DNA of 64,000 nucleotides from a virus: the IMG/VR virus record IMGVR_UViG_3300013131_000024, positions 32,001 through 96,000 of that record; one strand, written 5' to 3'. The notes beneath the pieces were generated by a model. That model was not told where the DNA came from and did no database searches. It saw only the letters and a program-made list of their open reading frames with translations. Below, one piece after another: positions 47,736 to 57,006 of the stretch. Position 1 is the first letter of the stretch, and every line of letters starts with the position of its first letter. Both the position numbers and the translations under genes were made by a program.

Positions 47736-48819
47736 TGAATTGATCTAATTTTAAAAATTGGTCTTTGCTTTTGCTTATTTGATGATTTTTAAAAACTCCA
47801 CAGGTTCTCGAACATGCCCTGAGCGGACTATTTTCAAAAGAATCTATCCATAGTGTTTGCCACTGATCGCTGTCGACAATCTCTTCTATAGTTTTATTTT
47901 GCAAATTAAAATTCTCTAGTCCTCCAAACTTATCTATAAATTCAAAAAACGTTTGGCGACTATCTTCTTGAAATGAATGAACTAGCTGATCGGATTTTGT
48001 ATAAATGTAAGGAACTGCGCCTACAAAACAGCAGGGCCATAAATACCCATTAGCATCGATGAAAATACTCTTTGTTTTTTCTACATCGCAATTTATTTTT
48101 ACTTCGCTGAAAATTTTTCTATAATTTTCTACAGTTTTTTTATCAATAAAAGCTAATTTATGAACCGTAGGCATTTCTAATTTATGTGAAACTTTTCCTT
48201 CTTTGTTATAAACTTCATAATAAGGGGTTCCAATAAATCTACTTGTTTGTTTTTCAAAGAAACTATCGAATCCGAGAGTTTTTGCTAATTTTTTACATTC
48301 TTCTAATTGATGTTCATTGTGCTTAAATGTAATAAAAACCCATCGTGCATTTCCCCCTGCTTCGATAAATGATTTTGAATTATCGATAATTTTGTTCCAG
48401 TCAGTTCCGATTCTGTAAAGGGAATGCGTATCGGCTAGGCCATCTAACGCAAAATGCACTAAATGATTAGTCGGTAATGCAAGTGCAAGGTCTTTCCACC
48501 ATTTTGTTGACCTAGCTCCGCCATTTGTATGGATATCAATTTTTATTTTTGGAGATACTTTTTTAATATATTCTGTTATAGGTATAAGATCTTGGTTAAG
48601 TATAGGATCTCCAAAATTTCCGCACATAGAAATCTGATGCAATTGAGATAACAAATCAGGTGAAACTATTTTTTTAAAAAAATCTAAATCAACATCTTTT
48701 ACCTTCAAAATAGGATTAGGCAACCCTCCATGATGATTTCTCGCACACATAGGACAACTTGCCTGACAATTAGAGGATAGCTCAAGATGTAATTCTTTTA
48801 AATCTTCGTATCGATACAT
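47728..48819 (-). CDS. Radical SAM enzyme with C-terminal SPASM/twitch-like domain
   Basis: CQASCPMC, GDP, TNG, PCC. Confidence 0.9.
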   Translation of the reverse strand: MYRYEDLKELHLELSSNCQASCPMCARNHHGGLPNPILKVKDVDLDFFKKIVSPDLLSQLHQISMCGNFGDPILNQDLIPITEYIKKVSPKIKIDIHTNGGARSTKWWKDLALALPTNHLVHFALDGLADTHSLYRIGTDWNKIIDNSKSFIEAGGNARWVFITFKHNEHQLEECKKLAKTLGFDSFFEKQTSRFIGTPYYEVYNKEGKVSHKLEMPTVHKLAFIDKKTVENYRKIFSEVKINCDVEKTKSIFIDANGYLWPCCFVGAVPYIYTKSDQLVHSFQEDSRQTFFEFIDKFGGLENFNLQNKTIEEIVDSDQWQTLWIDSFENSPLRACSRTCGVFKNHQISKSKDQFLKLDQFNE

Positions 48820-49433
48820 TATACTTTACCTATGATCATGAATCTTTTATATAAAGATAATTCTAATTCTCTCGACCAAAGAACTTGGATATTAGATTGT
48901 TTTATAAATTCTTCTAGAGAACCGGCTGTCCTCACATGTTCTGGTATGTTATAGTTGTTGCTTTGTAAAACAATTATACTGTTTTGAGGTTGGCCACTGA
49001 GCCATAGATCGTATTGATCCTGCGTAATATGTTCGCAACTGGTATTGATAATGATATCAGCATCACTTCGCATAATACACATGTCTGCGGTTACTGCTCT
49101 AAAACGACCTCCCATTTCTTCTTTCTTATTCATCATAGTTGCTATAGATTCACAGTCTGGATCTATATCAATGCTACGAATATTACTGATAGGAATATCG
49201 CTTTGGAACAACATACTGGCCAACACTCCTACCCATCCGCCGTGTACGTCGACACTTAATGGAAAGTCTAAAACTTTGTTTATTTCAGTATAGATATAAT
49301 ATTCTAAGTTTTCAATTAACCATTCTTTGCTTTGTATTTGTCCTCGCCAGAATGCATCAAGGGTACGCATAGGATCCTTGCTTTCACGAATAGCACACAT
49401 CCAATAATGTAAATGTTCTGTATCAATTTGCAT
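48819..49433 (-). CDS. Class I SAM-dependent methyltransferase-like protein
   Basis: GGWVG, SIDID, INTSCEH. Confidence 0.7.
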   Translation of the reverse strand: MQIDTEHLHYWMCAIRESKDPMRTLDAFWRGQIQSKEWLIENLEYYIYTEINKVLDFPLSVDVHGGWVGVLASMLFQSDIPISNIRSIDIDPDCESIATMMNKKEEMGGRFRAVTADMCIMRSDADIIINTSCEHITQDQYDLWLSGQPQNSIIVLQSNNYNIPEHVRTAGSLEEFIKQSNIQVLWSRELELSLYKRFMIIGKV

Positions 49434-50427
49434 GAATAGGTATAATCTTTTTACTGTTGTTAATCTTTCTCTTCGGCATGACAGTTTCAACACTGCAAAC
49501 ACAAGAAGTTTGACTACATATCGCTGGTTTAATAGAGGGATTAAATTTTTTTGTAAAGTCTATATCATAAAGATTGTATGAGAAGTCATTTCCATATAAA
49601 ACTTGATTACAACTTCCTTGTATGTTACCTTCTTTTGATACATTGACCCAATGAACACCTACACTACATTCCCATCCATAAAAATTATTCAACTTTTTTA
49701 GTAGGATTTCGTTGTCCTTAAACTTATGTTTTTTATTATTTAAATCAGTTACCACTACAGAACTTCTATAATATTTGTTATTTTTCCAAAAGAAAAACGG
49801 ATTTACTTTACGTGCTCTATGTTTAGATAAAATTTTCTTTTGTTCTTCTGTATAATCTACAGTATTGTCGATAATTTCAACATACCTAATAGTCCATCTA
49901 CGTCTACTACCTTTTAAGTATTCAACCAATTCTAAACACTTGTCCCATTCACGGGGATCCATCATTACTGATACACTTACTACAATATTTTTCTCATACA
50001 AATGATCACATAGATTTCTAAATTCTTCCTTGTCGACAAATTCATGATGGCAACTCATATGCACTCGATCAAAATACTTTGCGTTCTGTTCCCACCAGTC
50101 TAATTTCTTAGAACCGTTAGATGTCATAGATATTAAACAATTAAATTCTTCTTTAAGAAACTTTATAAACTCTGGTAATTTAGGCCAATGCGTAGGTTCA
50201 CCGCCACAAAAATGAACATCGAATACTTTTTTATCTGTATAAGTTTTATAATAATTTATAAAATGAGAAATATTTTGTTTTATTACATCTATATCAGGAA
50301 ATTTATGAGTACCTACATTTGACCCTGGCCAACAATACCAACATTTGTAATTACAGTAATTGCCGAGATTTATGTCAATGTTTAATACTTCTTCTCGCCA
50401 ATTATTCTTTATTTCGATTATATCCAT
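49423..50427 (-). CDS. Radical SAM enzyme
   Basis: CNYKCWYC, GGEP, SNG. Confidence 0.9.
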   Translation of the reverse strand: MDIIEIKNNWREEVLNIDINLGNYCNYKCWYCWPGSNVGTHKFPDIDVIKQNISHFINYYKTYTDKKVFDVHFCGGEPTHWPKLPEFIKFLKEEFNCLISMTSNGSKKLDWWEQNAKYFDRVHMSCHHEFVDKEEFRNLCDHLYEKNIVVSVSVMMDPREWDKCLELVEYLKGSRRRWTIRYVEIIDNTVDYTEEQKKILSKHRARKVNPFFFWKNNKYYRSSVVVTDLNNKKHKFKDNEILLKKLNNFYGWECSVGVHWVNVSKEGNIQGSCNQVLYGNDFSYNLYDIDFTKKFNPSIKPAICSQTSCVCSVETVMPKRKINNSKKIIPIHAN

Positions 50428-51124
50428 ATTGTACCATTTTAATATTTAATCTTGTCTTATCTCCTGGATAGTCGGTAATGATATCAGTTAGAGTATTTGC
50501 AAATAACTCATTTCCTTTTAAGGTATAATGATTACCTGACGGTTTTTTAAAATTTAAAAAATATTTTTCCTGTTCTTCTGCATATGTGTATAAAGGTATA
50601 CCAATAGTAACTCCTTTATCAAAAGTATAATTAGAATAATCCCCATCAAACCCAAAAAAATGTACAATCTTTTCTATACTATATTTTTTAACTATATCGT
50701 CTAGTTCCTTAAACCATTGATGTACTGCCCAATTATAAAAATCAAATGACATTAGATGTTTGTAATATTGAAATGCAGCTTGATGCACTTCATCGGGCAT
50801 CTTATATTCTTTATCGTTTACATTAATTAACCTAGTTTCGACACTTCGAAAATTAAGACCTACATCGTTATCATTCGGAATTCGATATGGTTCTGTATGA
50901 CATACTATCAGTATTTTGGGTATGCTAATTTCCAATTCTTTTAAAATAATTTTCCTGTAAGACCACCAAGATCCGCCCGGCATTCCTTTGCCTCTCGGTT
51001 GTCTTTTTGAATTAAATGTCTCTCCTGTTAAATTACTAACTAGAATTTGAGGCCAGTGATATTTCTTGTTTCTGTCTGAACAAAAACTATCTCCGACTAT
51101 TAATATATCATTCCAATTATACAT
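50402..51124 (-). CDS. SGNH-hydrolase-like protein
   Basis: GDSF...NH. Confidence 0.6.
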   Translation of the reverse strand: MYNWNDILIVGDSFCSDRNKKYHWPQILVSNLTGETFNSKRQPRGKGMPGGSWWSYRKIILKELEISIPKILIVCHTEPYRIPNDNDVGLNFRSVETRLINVNDKEYKMPDEVHQAAFQYYKHLMSFDFYNWAVHQWFKELDDIVKKYSIEKIVHFFGFDGDYSNYTFDKGVTIGIPLYTYAEEQEKYFLNFKKPSGNHYTLKGNELFANTLTDIITDYPGDKTRLNIKMVQYGYNRNKE

Positions 51125-51155
51125 GCTTATACTTTACATCCGTCTAAATTTATTT

Positions 51156-51812
51156 CTAATCGCACTTAGCTCGATCTCTTAAGAAATGTTTTACAACTCC
51201 GTAAGGTTTATGATACGGAATATCGTTGCTTATATTTAAAAACTCTAAAATCTGTTTGGCAAATGCTTGATTGCATTCTATACCCGGATGACATTTATCA
51301 AGAGCATAAGGATAAAATTCACTTAATCTAATAATATAAACAGGAATATGTCTAACTGTGTCATTTGACAATGTTAATATTGTGTTTATAGAATCTTTAA
51401 CAATTAAATTATATGTTTGTATATTTTTAGATTTTAAAAACACGTTAGCATGGTTAACAAATAATTTTGACATTAGATTAGCATCAAAAACATCATAAAA
51501 ATCTTTGTAGTACTCGCAATCAGATCTTACATTAATATCAATGACGCGATCTTGTTTTATAATTGCACTTCGATCTGGGTACGACCATAAAATAAAAACA
51601 GTATCTGTTTCAATAAAATTAAAATTAAGTATAGTATTCCAGATTCGTTTATTACTAGATCCCGGACTAGCCATGTTTATACAATGTCTATTCATATATT
51701 TTGCAAGAATAGTAGGCCATCCTAATTGACTAGGAGTAGGACACGGGTTAACACAATCAGGAAGACCTTGTCCATATGTCAACGAGCATCCAAAAGTTAT
51801 CAATCTTTCCAT
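51156..51812 (-). CDS. SGNH-hydrolase-like protein
   Basis: FGCSLT...GSSN...DKCHP. Confidence 0.65.
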   Translation of the reverse strand: MERLITFGCSLTYGQGLPDCVNPCPTPSQLGWPTILAKYMNRHCINMASPGSSNKRIWNTILNFNFIETDTVFILWSYPDRSAIIKQDRVIDINVRSDCEYYKDFYDVFDANLMSKLFVNHANVFLKSKNIQTYNLIVKDSINTILTLSNDTVRHIPVYIIRLSEFYPYALDKCHPGIECNQAFAKQILEFLNISNDIPYHKPYGVVKHFLRDRAKCD

Positions 51813-52783
51813 TTTGGTATCTTACTGTCTGCTGAACTAACACATGTTGGGGTGATACAAATTTTTGATTCTTTAAAAAGTTCAAAATTAGTTATAGTAC
51901 CTAATGATATATCTTGACAACTATACGATCTTTTAACTTCACTACCTCTTATTATGATACTTTGATATCCTGAATTGCAATTCCATCCGGTGAATTTGTT
52001 AAATCCGTAAGCATTAAATCGTTCAGCTTGATCAATTAAATATTCTTTTTCGTTTTTATCGTAAAGAGATATCTGATACACATCTTCACCGTTCGTTTGT
52101 TGAGGAAATCCGGTTTTCATCAGTCTGGTCATCTCATCGGTATAACCATCTACTACACAACTTGCAGTAGGATCACTCTGCGGTTTTAAAGTCACATTGA
52201 TTCCTCTTCGATATAATCGTTCGCAACGTTCGTATAATTCGTAAAATTTTTCCGGTACCATTACTTGATTAACTGTTAAGAAAACATTTTCATAAATTAA
52301 CTGTAAACATTTATCTCCAAATTCTTGTTCTTTAGCATGTTCTGCATGATAACTAGCAGTTATACTACGGCGTTGTAAATCTTTAGTAATACTACACCAA
52401 GATCCCCACCATTTCGACCCTGGACTAAGGTTCGTAGTCATATGAACACTTTGGTATGGGGTTGTTGGACCATCATCTAAATATTGTATTAGATGTAAGA
52501 GATCTTTATAAGCAGTAGGTTCTCCGCCGCTAAAACTCCAATGAAACTCCATGAAATCATTTTGCCTAGCCTGACGTTTAATTTCATCTATGGTGCGTTT
52601 ATAAACTGCAAGTTCTTGATGGTCAAGTTCATCGCTTCGAGCATAAGGCCAACAATAAGAACAATTATAATTACAGAATCTTCCCAATATCCAGCTTACA
52701 GAAAACAAAGGACGAGACAACATAGTTCGTTGTCCAAATTTAACAATATGTTGAAAAGGAATTTTTTGAAAATCGTGCGTCAT
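51800..52783 (-). CDS. Radical SAM enzyme
   Basis: CNYNCSYC, GGEP. Confidence 0.9.
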   Translation of the reverse strand: MTHDFQKIPFQHIVKFGQRTMLSRPLFSVSWILGRFCNYNCSYCWPYARSDELDHQELAVYKRTIDEIKRQARQNDFMEFHWSFSGGEPTAYKDLLHLIQYLDDGPTTPYQSVHMTTNLSPGSKWWGSWCSITKDLQRRSITASYHAEHAKEQEFGDKCLQLIYENVFLTVNQVMVPEKFYELYERCERLYRRGINVTLKPQSDPTASCVVDGYTDEMTRLMKTGFPQQTNGEDVYQISLYDKNEKEYLIDQAERFNAYGFNKFTGWNCNSGYQSIIIRGSEVKRSYSCQDISLGTITNFELFKESKICITPTCVSSADSKIPKWKD

Positions 52784-52811
52784 AAACTGCTAATATTTAA
52801 CCTATAAAAGG

Positions 52812-52840
52812 TTGCTTTAAAGATTTTAAGGTTATATAAT
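52812..52840 (+). promoter_or_regulatory. sigma70-like promoter of the orphan tRNA-like RNA
   Basis: TTGCTT-17-TATAAT; predicted start about 52847. Confidence 0.7.
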
Positions 52841-52846
52841 ATACTT

Positions 52847-52957
52847 GTGGTCGTGAGTGGAATTGGCAGACCTCCGGTCCGTTGCGAAACGCACTTGGGT
52901 TATGGGGCGCCGTCTTAGACACAGCCTTTGTAGGTTCGAATCCTACCGACCACACCA
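52847..52957 (+). tRNA. Atypical 111-nt tRNA-Leu-like RNA with ~33-nt insertion after the D arm
   Basis: gtggtcg/cgaccac plus ACCA; Leu-type D loop GGAATTGGCAGAC; perfect T arm; imperfect gccgt-cttagac-acagc arm. Confidence 0.7.
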
Positions 52958-53000
52958 TATTCTATGATAAGTAGAATACTACTAACAAAAGGAAAACATT

Positions 53001-53204
53001 ATGTCAAATACAGTAGAACAATTAAAAGCAGCGTTTGAAGAATTCTTAGCTGAAGATTCAAAATTTTCTTCGGGAAATAATGCAGCAGGTACACGTAGTC
53101 GTAAAGCATTACAGGAAGTAGCCAAACTTGTCAAGGCTCGTCGCAATGAAATCACCGAAGAAAAAAACGCTCGCAAAGAAGCCAAAGCCTCAACAAAGGG
53201 CTGA
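53001..53204 (+). CDS. Histone H1-like (Hc1 family) protein
   Basis: KF-x2-GN-x-AAGTR-x-RK-x-L...R motif. Confidence 0.75.
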   Translation: MSNTVEQLKAAFEEFLAEDSKFSSGNNAAGTRSRKALQEVAKLVKARRNEITEEKNARKEAKASTKG

Positions 53205-53205
53205 T

Positions 53206-53706
53206 ATGGATGACAAGGACCTACTGACCTTCGGTGGTACAGACAGCATTACGGTTACTGACACTATTACTCTTGACCTAGACTTTGGTGCTGCCCAACC
53301 AGCTTTAACTACTATAGGGTTCGATACTATTAGTTTAGATGATATAGTCAATACATCATCGACCATAACATTGCCTTCTTCCTCAACGTACACAATTAAT
53401 ACCGGAGGTAGTAGTTCTATAGGTGGAGGAGTATACACTACTTCTGGTACAGGTTATACTTGGAATCAAAGCTATGCCCCTACAGTTAATATTGACAACG
53501 ATGGTGTCAATATTAAAGATGGTGGTGATCTTAAGATAGGCAATAAAAGTCTCAAAGAGTTTATGACCAAGATGGAAGAACGTTTGTCCATTTTGGTCCC
53601 GGATCCAGAAAGACTAGAAAAGTTTGAAGCACTGAAAAAAGCCTACGAACACTACAAAACTATGGAAGCACTGTGTTTTCCAGACGAGAAAGACAAGAAA
53701 GAATGA
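53206..53706 (+). CDS. Hypothetical protein
   Basis: ORF track with start at ATG 53206. Confidence 0.7.
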   Translation: MDDKDLLTFGGTDSITVTDTITLDLDFGAAQPALTTIGFDTISLDDIVNTSSTITLPSSSTYTINTGGSSSIGGGVYTTSGTGYTWNQSYAPTVNIDNDGVNIKDGGDLKIGNKSLKEFMTKMEERLSILVPDPERLEKFEALKKAYEHYKTMEALCFPDEKDKKE

Positions 53707-54386
53707 ATGTTAAACTGGTATCCTATTCACAACCAACAGCGGAATTTGCAGATATGGGAATCGCAGATGCGCAGGAACTCATTGCGTATTGCGCCCGTGT
53801 CAGCAACCCATCAAACCAATTCAATACAGAGACATCAGAGAAGCTTATACGATATCTTGTTAAACACGCACACTGGAGTCCCCTTGAAATGGTTTCAGCC
53901 TGTGTTGAAATTACCACAACAAGAGATATTGCTAGACAGATCCTTAGACACAGATCATTCTCCTTCCAAGAGTTCAGTCAGCGATATGCTGACCCTACTA
54001 AAGATCTCTCGTTCGTACTGCGAGAAGCACGACTCCAAGATCCAAAGAACAGACAGAACAGCGTCCCTTTGGACGGTACACTCGGCCATGCAATCGTACA
54101 AGACGAATGGGAACGCAGACAAAAAGAGCTTATCTCAATGGCCAGACAAACCTATGAATGGGCTATCAATAAAGGCATAGCCAAAGAACAGGCTCGTGCT
54201 GTACTACCAGAAGGTCTAATCGAAAGCAAACTTTATATGAACGGTACTCTGCGTTCATGGGTTCATTTTATTGAATTGCGTTCCGGCAATGGTACACAGA
54301 AAGAACATCAGTTAGTGGCGCTGGCCTGTGCTAAAGCTATCTCTGCTATTTTTCCTATGACCGAAAGTTTAATACAAAATGCATGA
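53703..54386 (+). CDS. thyX: Flavin-dependent thymidylate synthase
   Basis: HWSPLE, RQILRHRSFSFQEFSQRY, EQARAVLP. Confidence 0.95.
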   Translation: MNVKLVSYSQPTAEFADMGIADAQELIAYCARVSNPSNQFNTETSEKLIRYLVKHAHWSPLEMVSACVEITTTRDIARQILRHRSFSFQEFSQRYADPTKDLSFVLREARLQDPKNRQNSVPLDGTLGHAIVQDEWERRQKELISMARQTYEWAINKGIAKEQARAVLPEGLIESKLYMNGTLRSWVHFIELRSGNGTQKEHQLVALACAKAISAIFPMTESLIQNA

Positions 54387-54762
54387 TGAACTGTATATGT
54401 TCTGCAAGAATTACGAAGTGCAGATACTAAACGATCAGAAACGCAGGGCAAGATATCACCCTCCCCGTTTTTTTACAGATCCAGAACGTGCTGATCTTAT
54501 TCGTAATGATGTCGTAGAGTATGAAACTGAAAAAGTCATCACTATGGATATTCCAGAAAGCAGACTACGTGCATTGATTGAAATGGAAAGACGCTTCTTC
54601 AAATGGCAGAATCACAACAGAGGCGAAATAGATATGTTCCAAACACTAATGGACAAAGAGCGAGAAGAAGCACACTATCGTCATACCAATCCTGCCGTCC
54701 AAAAAGCCTATGAGCAGTATTCAATCATGCTCAATCTAGCTGGCTACCAAAGAAAATTTTGA
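54379..54762 (+). CDS. Hypothetical protein
   Basis: ORF track. Confidence 0.7.
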   Translation: MHDELYMFCKNYEVQILNDQKRRARYHPPRFFTDPERADLIRNDVVEYETEKVITMDIPESRLRALIEMERRFFKWQNHNRGEIDMFQTLMDKEREEAHYRHTNPAVQKAYEQYSIMLNLAGYQRKF

Positions 54763-54835
54763 TTCATTTTGATATAATCATTGACAGGTTTTGACAGAGA
54801 TCGTATAATTAAGTTGTTCGACAGAAAGAAATTAT

Positions 54836-55651
54836 ATGAGAAACTATTGGACTTGCTCAAAATTTGCGGATTGGATCCGCGGTACTACCAAAATCAAATG
54901 TGGTACAGGTAAAGAATGGCGTGAATGGGAAGAGGCTGCTAAGGCCCGATATCCCGTTCGTTGGTGGATTGCAGAAGAGGGTTTAGATAAACTGCAAGAC
55001 GTTTGGTGCTATATTCCTGAAAGGATCAACGATGTACGCTATTATGTCAACAATCGCTGGATCACTAAGGCCCACGCTCTCACTGCTCACCCAAATGATA
55101 TTCCTCGTGGCGAGTGGCGTGATGTTGGCAACCGTTTTCTTCCATGTCTTTTTAACGAACTTGTGGATTTTGTTGAAGTAGAGCAGGCCTGGCATCACTG
55201 TGTTTGGGATGATGAAGCTCGTAAAAAATATAATTATCCTTGGTGGCGTCGTTGGTATCGCAACTGGCGCTGTCCAGAAGCTGGTATCGCCTATCTACAT
55301 TGGGCCATGACCCTAACCAACGAGGAGTTTTTGGATGAAGATCAAAAACACCTAGCCGAACCAACCTATCAGGCCAAAGCTGCTCGAGAAATCCTAGAGC
55401 TTTACACCTGGTGGAAAGAAGTCTACCCAAAGCGTCCTGATGTATACGATGCCAGCGGGTGGAGTGCTTACTGTGATATGCGTCGTGAGAAAGGTTATCA
55501 TCTTCTTGATATGGAGGAAAAAACTCCTGAAGAAGCAGAAATGCGGGATACTGCCTTAGCCAAAAGTAATGAAATAGAAGCAGCATACAATAAAGAAGAT
55601 GAAGAAATGATGATCCGTCTTATAAAAATCCGTGAATCACTTTGGACCTAA
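54836..55651 (+). CDS. Trp-rich hypothetical phage protein
   Basis: TTGACA-17-TATAAT upstream at 54781. Confidence 0.75.
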   Translation: MRNYWTCSKFADWIRGTTKIKCGTGKEWREWEEAAKARYPVRWWIAEEGLDKLQDVWCYIPERINDVRYYVNNRWITKAHALTAHPNDIPRGEWRDVGNRFLPCLFNELVDFVEVEQAWHHCVWDDEARKKYNYPWWRRWYRNWRCPEAGIAYLHWAMTLTNEEFLDEDQKHLAEPTYQAKAAREILELYTWWKEVYPKRPDVYDASGWSAYCDMRREKGYHLLDMEEKTPEEAEMRDTALAKSNEIEAAYNKEDEEMMIRLIKIRESLWT

Positions 55652-55652
55652 T

Positions 55653-55874
55653 ATGGCTATAATTGATAAGAACGCTAAAAGCACAGACGAGCTGTATTCA
55701 AAATATTTACAATTTACAGGTCTTATGCTTGAAGAATACGATGCGATAGAAATAGCAGCTATTATGGCTGTTCAGGCTCTTAGTTTATATCGTACTTGCA
55801 TGTCTGAGGAAGATTATCAACGTATGGTTAAAAGTATATACGATCAAAGAGATCAAGTTCAAACTTTTGAATAA
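55653..55874 (+). CDS. Hypothetical protein
   Basis: ORF track. Confidence 0.65.
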   Translation: MAIIDKNAKSTDELYSKYLQFTGLMLEEYDAIEIAAIMAVQALSLYRTCMSEEDYQRMVKSIYDQRDQVQTFE

Positions 55875-55875
55875 T

Positions 55876-56220
55876 ATGGAAACACAAACACCAGCAGAAG
55901 GCATACTCAAGAAAAACGATTGGGGTGATGCGAAAATGTATCATGTGGTCTGCGATTGCGGAGCAGACGATCACACTCAAGATCTCTGGATCGAAGCCGA
56001 AGACATAGGAATAACTGTAATTATCTATGCTACTGTAAAATCTCCTTGGTGGTCTATGAATCGTTTTAAACAAATTTGGAAATTACTTACAGATGGTTAT
56101 TTAGAACAACAAACTGTGCTAACCATGAATGAACAAACTGCTTTTAATTATTCAGAAACATTAAAGAAAGCTATTCAAGATGTCCGACAATTCAGAGAAG
56201 ACCGTGTCAAAAAGTCCTGA
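55876..56220 (+). CDS. Hypothetical protein
   Basis: ORF track. Confidence 0.65.
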   Translation: METQTPAEGILKKNDWGDAKMYHVVCDCGADDHTQDLWIEAEDIGITVIIYATVKSPWWSMNRFKQIWKLLTDGYLEQQTVLTMNEQTAFNYSETLKKAIQDVRQFREDRVKKS

Positions 56221-56743
56221 TCGACATACCTTCCAAAAGGAAGGATACGTCAAACGGCAGGAAGAAAAGGGCGAACCCATCAACGAAGACTATCTAGATT
56301 ATTTCGAAAAGATAATCGAAGAATCTAATCATAAGTTTGACGATCCCCAAAGCAGAATCCGTAATATGGAGTACGATCTCCTAACCACTGATTGGATTCT
56401 GGAAAAAGTTCGAGCCAACGAAGCCTATGCCCAAAACTTATATGCGGCCATGTGTAATAATGGTTTTATTCGTTTAGAAGTTATCCCCGTTCTTTTAGAA
56501 GAAGAATGGTCATGCTCTTGGCGTTATGCCGGAGGTATAATCGCAGACATGAGACAAGAAGGCGACTACATTGATTGGTACTGTTCTGGTATTCGAGATA
56601 TATCGCACGATGAAGAAGAAAACAAAGTCTGGGGCAATAGACAGTATGTATCAGAAGGCATGATAACTGACGAGATCCGGACAGATCTCCAGAGTCTTGG
56701 TTGGGCAGTGGCGCCTGATGGAGATTGGACTAAATTTGAATAA
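56180..56743 (+). CDS. Hypothetical protein (YAQNLYAAMCNN...SWRYAGG...YIDWYCSG)
   Basis: ORF track. Confidence 0.7.
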   Translation: MSDNSEKTVSKSPDRHTFQKEGYVKRQEEKGEPINEDYLDYFEKIIEESNHKFDDPQSRIRNMEYDLLTTDWILEKVRANEAYAQNLYAAMCNNGFIRLEVIPVLLEEEWSCSWRYAGGIIADMRQEGDYIDWYCSGIRDISHDEEENKVWGNRQYVSEGMITDEIRTDLQSLGWAVAPDGDWTKFE

Positions 56744-56768
56744 CTTAATAGGAGAAAAGTGAAAGAAA

Positions 56769-56963
56769 ATGACCTGGGAACTGTATGAGGTCTGGACCGA
56801 AGATGAAGACGGTCATCAAGAATTAATTGATACAACCAAAAGCAAAAAGGAAGCAGAGGATATCGCTCAAAGAACTTTGATAGAAGGTGCTTATTTGGTT
56901 TTGGTTATGAAAGAAACCCAAGACGGTGAAATAGAAGAAATAGACCGATTGACATTGGGTTAA
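56769..56963 (+). CDS. Small acidic protein
   Basis: ORF track, AGGAG upstream. Confidence 0.6.
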   Translation: MTWELYEVWTEDEDGHQELIDTTKSKKEAEDIAQRTLIEGAYLVLVMKETQDGEIEEIDRLTLG

Positions 56964-57006
56964 TTTGGTGTTATAATATATACACTGTAAACAATAGGAG
57001 CAATAA

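Noticed and set aside
28510-52783. RiPP cluster with a precursor peptide
   Set aside because: Genes are tightly packed, and I could not find a short precursor ORF, a dedicated peptidase or a transporter in the island.
52847-52957. Possible tmRNA or intron-containing tRNA
   Set aside because: No G3:U70 Ala identity or tag ORF, and the insert is far too short for a group I intron. Kept as an atypical tRNA-like RNA.
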